A stretch of 64,000 nucleotides of DNA from Nitrospirales bacterium (GTDB lineage Bacteria; Nitrospirota; Nitrospiria; Nitrospirales; UBA8639), in contig CBDBCZ010000016.1 in NCBI GenBank assembly GCA_965203295.1, positions 352,001 to 416,000 on the forward strand, read 5' to 3'. Position numbers and translations under genes: made by a program. A model generated the notes under the pieces. That model was not told the origin of the DNA and made no database searches. It saw only the letters and a list, made by a program, of their open reading frames with translations. Below, in pieces: positions 1 through 18,179 of the stretch; the stretch's first letter is position 1; each line of letters starts with the position of its first letter.

Positions 1-151
1 AACTGGACGAAAGAACTTTTGTACAGGCAGCTCCATAGAGAATCTATACAACTCCACGATCATGTAGGCTGTCACATGACCGTGTTCAACCTCCCCTGGC
101 TCCTGCCTACATCCCTGTTGTTAGTTAACCAACTCTCCCCTTCACCTGCAG

Positions 152-6479
<6,328 letters not shown>

Positions 6480-7482
6480 TCTTTGGTGTGTGTTTTAGGG
6501 TAAATTATTTTATTTTGTATTCTGGATGTCATGTTTCCATTTGCAGTACACCGTCATGCATGATCGTATACTTTGTGTATTGTCATCTACAAACCTTCAA
6601 CGTTACCATAATATGATAGGCAATGTACATAGATTTTGATTCTAACTACAAAATGTACAATTATGTAAAGTTGTCCTGTTAAACATGTAACACTACAACT
6701 TGCACGATAAAGGGTGCACTAATATTGGGGGGATAAAACAACGACTAGGCCTATTGCACGTGCACTTTACCCCCATCCATGATCCAGCTCTCAGCAACTC
6801 CTGACCTAGCTCGCAGCATTTGGCCGACGAAAAAATTAGCCTAGCCATATACACTATGAATTGCTCATTTGATTGTGACTTCTGGTGCAGTTTGCTCATA
6901 GACATACCCTGCTTTTGTAGCTTTTGTAGTTGGTTTCTTCCATCTGGAGAGGTACAATACGTATATATATAGCAAACTGTAACACTGGCTACCCCTTTGT
7001 TGGCATGCCTCCCTGCAACTCATCTACTTTGTGTGGTGTCTGATAGCCAGTGTACTTTCCCTTAATTGTACTTCCTACTGCTGATCTCATCAACTGTATT
7101 GGAGGTAAACATGTTTTCATGTACCATTTAGAGTCTACTTTTACATGCGGTTTTACTCCGGATCCCATAATAACATAATAATGAAAGTAATTACATAATA
7201 ATGCGTGCGTACTCAATGACGTCATTTGGATTGATGTACATCTATCAGACTATCTAGGTTAACCTCCGTAAGGGCATTCACTTTCAGGTATAAAGCATGC
7301 GCATTCCCAAGCAATTGGGCATACTCTTGTGTATACAGTACTCTTGCATGGTGGCCCGCGAGACTAGTCGGGAAAACTTATCGTGGCATGTAATAATTAC
7401 TTAATTTTGGCATTGCGCAGTGTTGGTTATAATATAAGTTGTATAAAGGTGTACTGTAGTGGTTAACAAAGTCAGCTTAGAA

Positions 7483-9078
7483 ATGGAAGAGTACTGTTAC
7501 AGTAGTTGTGAAACAAGCCGGGAATGCAGTCGTGAAAAATACCAGTTTCGGTGCAACCTGCTGAAGGTTTATCAAAGTCTCGATGAGAAAGATGTTCAGA
7601 ACCTGGTTTACATATCTCCCGAGTGCTCAGAAGATGTGCAGAGTGGTCGTGAATACTTTCTGCAGCTAGAAAAGAAGGGTCTCCTCAGTCCTATCAGCTA
7701 TGACTATGTGCTGGATCGCTTGACCATCGTGGGAAGAGAAGATGTTGCGATTGCACTCATGGAACGCATCTACCAATCCCCCCACACCCCACGTACCCTG
7801 TCTACCCATCTGTTGGCACGCCTCCTTGCCAGCGGGAAAGAGGACATGGCAGTACAGCTCATGCACCGCAAGTGCCGAGTCCAACGATTACCAAATGAAC
7901 TTAGTTTACCTCACCAAACCTTGTTGCTGATCTTCAATGCCAAGGAGGCGATATGCGCACGACACAGAACAGCAGTAGCAAAGCTGCGTGACCCCACCTT
8001 TCTACAAGCTGAAATGGGATGGTTAGTTAAGGCTTATTACCGCTACACTCTTTCGCAGTCCACTAAGATGGACATGGAAGCCACTATGTATCATTGGCCC
8101 AGTCTGTCAGTATTTGAGGATAGTGGTGCCTTAGGAGAACTATTGCGGAAAACACTGGAAAGCATATTCTCTTTTACTGATGCGTTTTCCATGCATGTAC
8201 GTACTATTATCAACACAGAAAATATCCAGCTGGAAAGTATCAAACCTTCCACCATAACTTGCAACATGGCGTTTGACAACTTCATTGAAGCCCTTACGGA
8301 TACAGAATGGAATTGTGATGGAAGAGAGGATGCATTGAATCACAAGAAACGGAGAGACTGTCCAATTGGAATCCATGCTCAGTCAGCTTGCAAATCCATA
8401 GCTGATCTGTGTGAAGGGCTACCTTGCGGAAGGAGTGTTGAAGAAGCTGAAGAGTCAGCAAAGCAGGACATCTCCACCATCGATTCATGCATGTATTTTT
8501 GTTGGTACAGCACTCACATGTTGCACTGGATGCGCACCATCATCCAAATGGCAGCTTCCTCCAGACTGGACCTGACGAAGTATTGTGAAGACATTATCAC
8601 TGTAGCAGCAGCCCATCGAGAGGTTATTGTTAAAAATCACAATAAATTCACACAAATCCTCGGTCAAGAGATCATGAAGGTGGTGGATCTAGTTCTAAAC
8701 ATTCCAAAGCATGAAGAGACACTGTCTGGATACTCTATGAATGCAGCTACATATGCTGGTGACGCTTTTGACCATCCGGACAGCATGGCAGTGTATTTTT
8801 ACTTGTATTTGATACAGTTGGTTGTTCTTGCCTGCAATAGTTCACGATCTAGCAGCCCATGGGAGCTAGCCAAGTATTTTTCAAGCGCACAGCAGGTGTT
8901 TGGTAAAAGCTACATAAGGAATTTGAAGGTAGCAATGGAAGTGGCATCTAAGACGGTAACTGCTGTGCACACTCGAGTCGAGGACCTCAGAGCAAAGGCA
9001 ATTCACTTGTGTCCTGAGGCATCTGCAGAAAGACTCCTGCTGAGTAGAATACTGCAAGATGTAGATACACAAAAGTGA
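7483..9078 (+). CDS. Intronless death-effector-domain (DED) protein with an uncharacterised helical C-terminus, ~531 aa
   Basis: Long open ORF with first ATG at 7483. The N-terminus FRCNLLKVYQSLDEKDVQNLVYI...YFLQLEKKGLLSPISYDYVLDRLTIVGREDV fits the DED pattern, including an RxDL-like REDV. Confidence 0.75.
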   Translation: MEEYCYSSCETSRECSREKYQFRCNLLKVYQSLDEKDVQNLVYISPECSEDVQSGREYFLQLEKKGLLSPISYDYVLDRLTIVGREDVAIALMERIYQSPHTPRTLSTHLLARLLASGKEDMAVQLMHRKCRVQRLPNELSLPHQTLLLIFNAKEAICARHRTAVAKLRDPTFLQAEMGWLVKAYYRYTLSQSTKMDMEATMYHWPSLSVFEDSGALGELLRKTLESIFSFTDAFSMHVRTIINTENIQLESIKPSTITCNMAFDNFIEALTDTEWNCDGREDALNHKKRRDCPIGIHAQSACKSIADLCEGLPCGRSVEEAEESAKQDISTIDSCMYFCWYSTHMLHWMRTIIQMAASSRLDLTKYCEDIITVAAAHREVIVKNHNKFTQILGQEIMKVVDLVLNIPKHEETLSGYSMNAATYAGDAFDHPDSMAVYFYLYLIQLVVLACNSSRSSSPWELAKYFSSAQQVFGKSYIRNLKVAMEVASKTVTAVHTRVEDLRAKAIHLCPEASAERLLLSRILQDVDTQK

Positions 9079-9158
9079 CAGTCATTCTGTTTATACAGTA
9101 TCAATAATTATTTGAGTGAGTTGCACTTAACATGTTGACTTGTGTAAGGCTGTGTGTG

Positions 9159-9221
9159 TAGCCTCGAACCCAGGCCTTCCACGCAGATTTTTTCTGCGTG
9201 GAAGGCCTGGGTTCGAGGCTA
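9159..9221. mobile_element. 63-bp hairpin MITE of the TAGCCTCG family with a 9-bp TSD
   Basis: Near-perfect palindrome; CTGTGTGTG is duplicated at 9150-9158 and 9222-9230. Confidence 0.85.
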
Positions 9222-9349
9222 CTGTGTGTGTATGTGTGCATGCATGGTGATCTGTACATAAATTTAATGTGAATGGCTGTAAAAAAATTCTGCTTGAATT
9301 AATGTTGAGAGTCATAAGTACATGCATCTTCCCATCATGAATATTCTCA

Positions 9350-10070
9350 ATCCAGTGTTGCATCACTCTCTGCCTAAACCATGAAATCTATGTATGCATG
9401 GAGTACAGTGCATATTAGAGTGTCCTATGAACTGGCTTCCCCTCACTACACGTACACTCAGCGATACGGATCCCTTCATATCACTGCAAAAAAGCAATAA
9501 CAAGACTTAATAGTGTTTGCTGCATGGGAACTACGTTTAACTTAGTGATTATGTTTCCTGTGACTGGCTTCAAACTGAATCTATGTGACCATATTATGCC
9601 TAGCTTCTGGCTGTGACTTTATATGGAATATGAGGTGCATGACCCTTGACTGATTGAAACTGAGGAAACAACCTTGAGGGTTGACTCCTCAGTTGAGGTG
9701 CATGACCCTTGAATTGTAATTGAGGAAACAAACCTAAGGGTTGCATAGGTAGATTTCATGGTTTAGGCATGCAGAGAGTGATGCAACACTGGATGCATAA
9801 TTATACATATATAACTATTACTTACTATTCTCAACTTAGGGTTGTTTCCTCAGTTTCAATTCAAGGGTCATGGACCTCATATTCCATATAAAGTCACAGC
9901 CAGAAGCTAGCCATAATATGGTCACATAGTTTCAGTTTGGAAGCCAGTCACAGAAAACATAATCATTAACATGTAGTTTCCCATGCAGCAATGACTATTA
10001 CGTAAGTCTTGTTATTGCTGTGCCTTTATGGTCAAGTTGGAATATGAGGTGCATGACCCTTGAATTGCAA
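9350..10070. repeat. Foldback / complex inverted duplication
   Basis: ~9350-9390 is reverse-complemented at ~9749-9793, and ~9494-9680 at ~9836-10018. Confidence 0.7.
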
Positions 10071-12289
10071 TTACATGTAATTAAAATAAAATGTTTTTGC
10101 AACAGAAGTTCATTGCTGCAGTGGATAACAGGTGTCAGCTGCTGGATCTTTTACAGCTGCCATCCTGTCTTCCCCATGCTTTTCAGTGGAGGTGGTCATA
10201 AATCGTTTTCAAGCCCTGTGATCATGCCAATTAATCATTTTATTCAAAATATTGTAGGTCTGTGTGTAATTCATTATTGACATGGGGCTCTGTATTGCTT
10301 GAGTGCACAAATTTTTCGGAGTTACAGGCCTGGGGCATATACTAACCATGACATGAATGCTTTTGCTGACCCTCAATATGGGCAAATCAGATAATTTGTG
10401 AAATTAAGCCGGTACATATGTCCTCCTCTTTTGAAATTATGTAACTTCATGACTCCACGTTCCCCTTATTCTGCAGCACTTTGTAGGTAGCTACAGTATG
10501 AGGAAAATGACCCTCAGAGTGTATATTAGGTAGGTCTAGCCACTGAGTTGTGTTATGCAGGCAATCATAACAAGTATTTAATGAGACACAGTGCTAATCA
10601 ACATAATACTATGGCTGTTTTTGTCTTTAAATATAGTGTACTGCAATTGGAAGACACTTTGAGATATCTGCACCCATTCTACCTTGAGGCATCCCGAAAT
10701 GAGGCACGTATAATCAGTTTGTTATGAGCCATCAGGCAGTATTCTTACCATGCCTTGCCTTCTACATGTAGATCTACCTCTTTCTCCATGACAACCCTTC
10801 TGCTAAAATGGCTCTGCTGAGAATAAAAGTGAGAATAGTATTTGCTCTACCCAAAGAGCTGCTGGCTGCGAGTGTTTATACCATGAATCACCTTTGACAT
10901 TTGTTTTTATTGGCCAATTCACTCTGCTTTAAAATTCTTTGTACCGTTTGATAAACATCTGTGTGATTTCTGTTGGTCGATTGACATGAAGACAGCATAA
11001 TGTTCTGCTACATATGTGCACAAAATTGCTCCATGTTGCAACTGTGTACCATCCACCACTAAGTAATGAGCCCATTTGAGTTATCGCTGACACCAGTCTC
11101 CTCTGTAGCTGTACCACAGAGTGAGCAGTGCCCAGAAGAGTGCTACAAAGCTGGGAGGATAGTCACGCACTAAATAAATGCATGCCATCTGCATTAGTAT
11201 ATGGAATGGCACCAGAAACCCTGTTTTCTAGGTCTATAATATTATGTGGGGCAGTCTTCTATCAGAAACTGAAAATTTCAAGACAATGAGCATAGTATAG
11301 GCTGATATGACTTATGTCAGCATTGCTTCTTTCTTTCAGCATCCTGTCTCATCCCCTGTGGAGGTCCCACTAAAAGAAGCCGAAAAGGTCCTGGTACCCC
11401 TGCAGATGCTTTCACGGACAGGATTGAACCACACCTACTTGCCTACGCTATCCACTTGTGGAAACGTGAGTCATCATAAGGCCATGCAGTTAGGTGAAGA
11501 ATGGGAGCCTTGGAACCTGAGCTCTGTAGCACCTTTTAAGGCAAATCAGGCCCTGAAGAATTTGCTCAACCAGAATTTGTATGGTTTAGTATCCTGGTTC
11601 ATGTATTCTTTTTTTTCAGTGCTGTATAAACGTAAATAGCTAAACTCCAGGCTGGCTTTAGCTAATTAGCTTTTTCCTGCCTAGATGGTAGTGTTAGGTA
11701 GTCAAGTTACAGCTGCTAACTGGAAGTGTACAATGAAACCGCTAAATTAGTACATTGCTGTAAGACTTATGCAGGATGAGATCACCTATTATAGCTCTAC
11801 AGCTTGGCCTGACCTGGAGCTTGGCCTGACCTGGAGCTTAGCTGAGCCTCGAGTGTTTCACTTGAAAAGTGCCAGACTATTATTGTAATGGTGTAGGTAG
11901 CTAGCAACAGAGGATTCCTATATACACCAGGAAAAAATATGGGAGAGTCTAAGGATTTGGAGGGCAAATTAACTTGATTGTTTGACCATATTTTGTGGTT
12001 TTGGAGGGACCCGCATCATGGAGTACGGTAGGGCAGTTACGTACTAAAACATGGAATGAAATGGAAATGTAGTGGAACGTTCCATCCTGTTCGGCCTACT
12101 AAAGTGCTTTTATTTCTGATTCCCCTTTCTGGCCATTTCATATCTACCTTATTAGTCCCTTGTGCATGCTTATTAAGTGCTGCTGGATGGAGTTTATTAA
12201 ATGTGGAAAAACAATACGGAATGTCACACACAGAATTCCCATTTTGTACTTACATACCAAAACCTTCTCACAACCCTGTGTAAGTGATT

Positions 12290-13130
12290 AACTTTTTCCT
12301 TGCACAATCAGAATCTGTACATGACTATTCAATGCCAATGTCTTTATCTCCCCACTTCCGTGTAAATGTACCTGTATCAATTAACCTCTTTAGAAAATAC
12401 CATAACAGCACTCTCCATTACAAAATTCCATAATCAACGTTTGCAAGTCCTCAGCATTAGTAATTAAACCTACAAAATCATCAGCAAACATTAGACCCCC
12501 AACATATAACATCAGTCTTAATAGTTGTGCCAATCCCAGCCTTTGTGATCTCATCTAACAACTGATTGGAAAATACATGCAGGATAGGAGACATATTACA
12601 ACCCGTACCACCGACCTATATTGAATGACTTGGATTTTAATCCCTCCAGTAAAACAGCACTCTGTGCGATGTCATAATATCTCTCCACATCCTACCTCTA
12701 TCACCAAGTTCCCATAAGCCACTATGCCAAACTGTGTCAAATGCATCTAACGAGAAAGTGTGTGTTTTCCTTCCCTAATTGTGACTTAATTGTATGATTT
12801 CATTTAGAGAAAAGAAGTTATCAAAACAAATCCTTATGAAACTCTCTAAATCCTACCTGACTCTCGTGAAGAGCACTTTCTGATTCTAGTTACTAAGCGG
12901 TTATTTAGAATCTTGCAAAACCTACCACATTCAATAGTGCAAAGCCCCTGTAATTACCCGGGTCCTCAGCATCACCCTTTTTATACAAGCTAACAATTGA
13001 CCCTTGTTAGCGGAATACTCTCCTCTGTCCAAACTACCCCATACAAGACTTTCAACAGATTAGCCATTCCTTTGCCTCCATACTTAAGAAGCTCCCCAAC
13101 TAGCCCATCATTACCTCCCGTTTTATTAAT
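12290..13130 (-). mobile_element. Degraded non-LTR retrotransposon (LINE) reverse transcriptase fragment
   Basis: Minus-strand peptides SIVSLYKKGDAEDPGNYRG (~12945-13000) and GGLMFADDFVG (~12470-12500), with frameshifts between them. Confidence 0.8.
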
Positions 13131-13169
13131 CTTTAGGCTTTTAGAACATCTTTTAATATCTGCATAGCT

Positions 13170-13490
13170 ACCAACTTGCGTTGAATATCTGTTATCTGTG
13201 CTTCTACACCATTACTACGGTCAATGAACATCAATGACCCTGAAGGGTTGATATGAGCCTGACAGGTGTATGTCCCCGTATTACCAACGATAAATACGTT
13301 TGTGCTGATGTACGTACGTAGGTGCTGGTGCCAAAGTCTTGCACTGTACTGATCCTGCATGTGACCAGAGGTAAGTTCATTTCCTGATGCCCCAGTCCAT
13401 GTAGCAATCACTTTTACATTACCGAGCATGGCTGCTGGTACTCCAGCATGCACCGTAGTCCCACCATCACGAGTGACACTGACTGATGGG
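13170..13490 (-). pseudogene. Isolated Ig-like domain exon remnant
   Basis: VIATWTG...NTGTYTCQAHINP fits the Ig W...YxC pattern; no partner exons found. Confidence 0.35.
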
Positions 13491-13879
13491 TTGGGGAGTG
13501 AAAGAATGTAAGCAAAACCATTAGCTCTGACTTCCTGGCTCCCTTCGGTCTACTAATCACTTTGCTCACTAAAGGACTCCATAATTACACCATAGACTGT
13601 AGAGTAGAAGTCCTTCTACTCTACTATCTATGATTACACATGGGTGGAGATTCTAATGAATGTAATAAGGAGTAGAAGTTAATCACAAGGAAATGATTAA
13701 GTTCTACCTAAGGGGTGCAGTTTGATCGATCGCGAGTAATCATATAGGAAGACTATGATCTAACTAGAAGTCTCTAGCAGAGACATACCCCGCGGTGCAT
13801 AATTCACAACTTGGAGCTGGCAGGACTGCAGACTGGGCTGATCGAGTAGTTGGCAGAGTGTACATGTATATCACTGGCT

Positions 13880-14292
13880 AGCTGTGTATCCGCACGCAGA
13901 GTGTACAGCGCTCGTGTACGCGTATTATATATGGGAAGTGGTGGGCGTGACTGATTGCCAATATGAACACGTGACCAGAGTCCGTATAATTATGCCCGGC
14001 CTCTATCGTATTCTAGTTGTGACCGTATTAAAATGGCAGAATGCACCGTTGTTAAATAAGAAAGAGCTTTAGATACAGCGAATGGAACCGCTTTGGCGAC
14101 TATCAGGTACACACCCGGACATTTTTTTTTTGATTTCAATGTTACTGTCGTGTTTAGCAATCGTTTAACCCTGTAAATCGCGAGATAGCCCGATTTTTGA
14201 GTGGACAGACAACAGATGGACAGACGGACGGACGGACGGACAGACAGACAGAACCAATCGCTTAACCCCGCCGCATACGCGCGGGGTAATTA
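13880..14292. mobile_element. Helentron/HINE-like non-autonomous element
   Basis: (GACG/GACA)n microsatellite at ~14204-14252 followed by the terminal hairpin AACCCCGCCGCATACGCGCGGGGTAAT; left boundary approximate. Confidence 0.45.
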
Positions 14293-14779
14293 TATTGTTG
14301 CACTCTAGAGATCAATTCAAGCTTTACATTTATGGGGCTATGCAATATGTATTTGAGTATTTACCAAGAAGGTTCTGCCCCCTAAGTTTTGAGGAGCATA
14401 TGGGTCCAGTACAAAGACAGTCGGTATAGCAGTGAACAAAGGCTTTTCCAGCGACATTCATAAATAGTTATGGGTGTGTGTGGTTTAGTGTGGTTTAGTG
14501 TGAACATCATTAAACAGCTTGTACATTTCTGCTGCAGCAATTTTGTTATTCTACTTAATAAATAGGGAGAAATGCCTTCCTTTTAAATATTATAAAATGT
14601 AAGCACAGAGTTTTAGGTGGTACTGACATAATAACTTTCACACTTGAAGCCAATGGGGTATAGTCCAATGTTAACCTTCGCTATCTCTCCATGCACTTTG
14701 CAGTGGAATCTGACACTTCCAGAGCACATGTACTACACTCTCACAATCATCTCTACATACCTTACACTGGCTAGCAAGC

Positions 14780-16100
14780 ATTTTTATACATGGCCAAGTC
14801 TTGCTTTCAAAGTACTTAATTGGCTGCAATTCCTGACCTTAATTGTGGAGCCATAATCAGGACAAACTGTGTTACAATGAATCAGACCATGCTCAATAGT
14901 CGGGAAAAAGTTTTAAAAAGCACATCCACTGAGGATTTAGTGTAGACGAGACGACAAATGCTTACTCACCCCCTTTGTCTTTTTTATTCAAGGTAGCAGC
15001 AATCTACCTTTTAGAGCACCGGGTTCAGACATTACAAAGGTTAATCTCGCTACTATAATTCAGACCATGCCCAATAGTGAGGAAACATGCTTGGTAAGGC
15101 AATCGAAGGTGATAGTAGGTGTGGCTATCAAGCATTCAAACTTAGACCTAAATCCCACTCACTGAATGGCCAGAATTCCTGGTCTTGAGAAGCCATAACA
15201 GGACAAATCTTGCTACTATAAATCAGACCATGCCCAATAGTCAGGAAACAGTTTTGGAAATCATATTCACTGAGGATTTAGTGTTGACGAGAGAGCAAAT
15301 GCTATTTCACCCCCTTTGTCCTTATTATTCAAGGCAGAAAGAAGCTATCTATCCTCTTAGAGCACCGGGTTGGGACATTAATCTTGCTAATGTGATTCAG
15401 ACTATTCCAAATAGTCAGGAAACATGCTTGGTTGGAAGATCAAAGGTATTAGCAGGTGTGGTTAGCAAGCAGTCAACTAAATATCACTCAATAATTGGCC
15501 ACAATTTCTGCTCTTGTGGAGCCATAAAGCGAGATAAAACTTGCTATTATGAATCACACCATGCCCAATAATCAGGAAACAGTTCTGGAAATCACATCCA
15601 CTGAGGATTTATTGTTGATGAGAGAGTAAATACTTCAGCTACATGTAGACTGGTCCAGAAGTGGGTTCGATAGGGAGACTAGTGAGTTTGAGTTAGAGTG
15701 CAGTGGGTGTGCAAGAAGTTTGCAGTACATGTATGGAGTGGGTGTGACAGGGAGACTAGTGAGTTTGAGTTAGAGTGCAGTGGGTGTGCAGGAAGTTTGC
15801 AGTACATGTATGGTGGAGTGGGTGTGGCAGGGAGACTAGTGAGTTTGAGTTAGAGTGAACTTGGTGTGGCCGAAGGCTAGTGAGTTTCGACTAGAGTTGA
15901 GTGGGTGTGGCCAGAGACTTCAGTGAGTTTGAGTTAGAGTGAACTTGGTGTGGCCGAAGGCTAGTGAGTTTCGACTAGAGTTGAGTGGGTGTGGCCAGAG
16001 ACTTCAGTGAGTTTGAGTTAGAGTGAACTTGGTGTGGCCGAAGGCTAGTGAGTTTCGACTAGAGTGGAGTGGGTGTGGCCAGAGACTTCAGTGAGTTTGA
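14780..16100. repeat. Complex repeat block
   Basis: Repeated AATCAGACCATGCCCAATAGTCAGGAAACA modules (14870-15600), then tandem AGTGAGTTTGAGTTAGAGTG-containing units (15680-16100). Confidence 0.75.
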
Positions 16101-17737
16101 GATACACTGTATCTACACACACGTTTCACTCTTGTGGTGTGTAGAAATAACACATGCAGCAATAAGACGCATGCTCTGTATGTTGTTTTCTGAGACAGTC
16201 AATCAAAACACGAATGCGGGCTGTTTCAACACATACTGAAAAAGTGTGTTGTTTTTTCCAATCCTTTCATGAAAAAGTAGATCCAATATCGATGAATTAC
16301 ATAATAAAGTATACAAAAATTACAGTCACATGCATGCACATTACCTACTTCAAACCTCAGTTATTTAACGGATTTCAATATTTCTATAATACATCCATCT
16401 GCACGTGGAAGAGAAGAACAAAATTATGATTATTACCTAAATATGTCAAAGTAACCATGCTTGCATGCACGTATGGGTTAGGGTTTATAGTTGCAGTTCC
16501 ATACATTTTACTTACAGTGAATGTACAATAGCATGGTTCTTCTGCGACAAAGTCCAGAGGAGGTTACTCCTCAACTTCAGCAGAGACCTCTCACATTTTC
16601 AGCCACCTCCTCTTGGGCACTGGAGGTGCATGTATGTGTGTGTGTGTGAGCACATTATATTGTTCAGTTGGTGAGTGGCTACATTTCTCAGTCGAAGGCA
16701 GTGTTGCCTCTGCTAAACTTCAGAAATTTCAGTTAGCAGCGTTCAAATAAAAAACTACCCATTTGATGAATATTTGTACCATATTCACTCATCACATATA
16801 CAGTGTAACATGCCTCTGCCTGTAGGTGCTTCTTCTTCGAAGACTTTAAATTACTGAATTAGACTAGCCCACACTAGGATATAGCCTCGTACCCAGATGC
16901 ATTAAGTGGGGAAAAGTGCACCTGGTATCCACTGTTTGCACATGCACGTAATTTCCAAGCACTTTGCGGTGATAGGATACCACCATGGCATGTCTGCGTT
17001 ATGATGACATCAGTACTATACTATCTATGGTGCAAGCCACTCCTAAGCATGCAGACACCTGTTTGCAACCTGGTATGTGGGCATTGGCAGTGTACTATAT
17101 TTGCATACTCTTACAGACTTGGTTTCCAATCAGGCTGTCTTTTAATTGTGTAAACCACTGCTTAATTTCAAGTGATAAAGCATATATACTAAGTTGGAAC
17201 CCATCCCTATACAACGCAAGTACGTAAGAAGCCACCCTACCACCAGTATTTAGAAAGTATTGTTGGATCATAACCAATGAGAGTAAGCCCCCTGTGACAT
17301 GGCAGTTAGGGGGTGTGTTCTCACCTTTCATGGTGTCCTCTCTCTTCCTGAGCTCACTCTCTAATCCCCTGCCCCTCCTCCAGGTCCCCAGAGAGCCGAG
17401 ACTGCAGCTGAGGTTCTGGGAAGAGGTGGAAGGGGAATACAGTGGAGTCAGAGCACTGTCCCAATAATGAACTACAGCAGACCCTCACTTATCTGGCCCT
17501 GGCCTAGACTGGATATAGTCAGATACAGGAAACAGTACAGTTTCAATGGAGATAGTAGGCAGTTCTATTTAATGCACAGCAAAAAGAAACATTATTTGGA
17601 TGACTGGATAATCAGAGCAGCTGGATAAATGCGGACCGGTTATGTTCTACTGTACTCTTGTTCATTACATATCAGGCTTGTCAACATCGATTATAGTATA
17701 TACGTCAGTAAAACTCTGTATTTACGCACATACAAAC

Positions 17738-17851
17738 TAGCCTCGTACCCAGGCCTTCCATTCCAACTTTTCGCAACCGTGGAAAAAAGCCACCCACGCT
17801 TTTTTCACGGCTGCGAAAAAAGCTGTGAGGGAATGCCTAGGTATGAGGCTA
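17738..17851. mobile_element. MITE of the TAGCCTCG family with a 9-bp TSD
   Basis: TAGCCTCGTACCCAGGC...GCCTAGGTATGAGGCTA; CATACAAAC is duplicated at 17729-17737 and 17852-17860. Confidence 0.85.
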
Positions 17852-18179
17852 CATACAAACCACTATATATTATGCAGCCTAGAAGTTTAGAGTCTCATCC
17901 AAATAAAATTTAGCTGGCTAGTACATGCGGCAACACTGGCTCTTTTCGGGTGAGAATATGATAACATCCTTGCCCTTCCCCCCTCAGCCTCTGATATCTC
18001 ACAGAGACTCTCACCTAATAAACTCCAACTGTATAACTGGTTCTTATGTGTCTGAATATCCAATACATGTGGTACACACAAGTACACCAAAATGAAGTCA
18101 TTCTGAAGTCATTTGCTGTCATGCAAATTGCTATATCCCATTGCACAGGGCTATACAGTGTGTATACACATGTACCTGA

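Noticed and set aside
11340..11465. Exon-like segment with AG/GT ends (SCLIPCGGPTKR...AYAIHLWK)
   Set aside because: No partner exons or recognisable family found.
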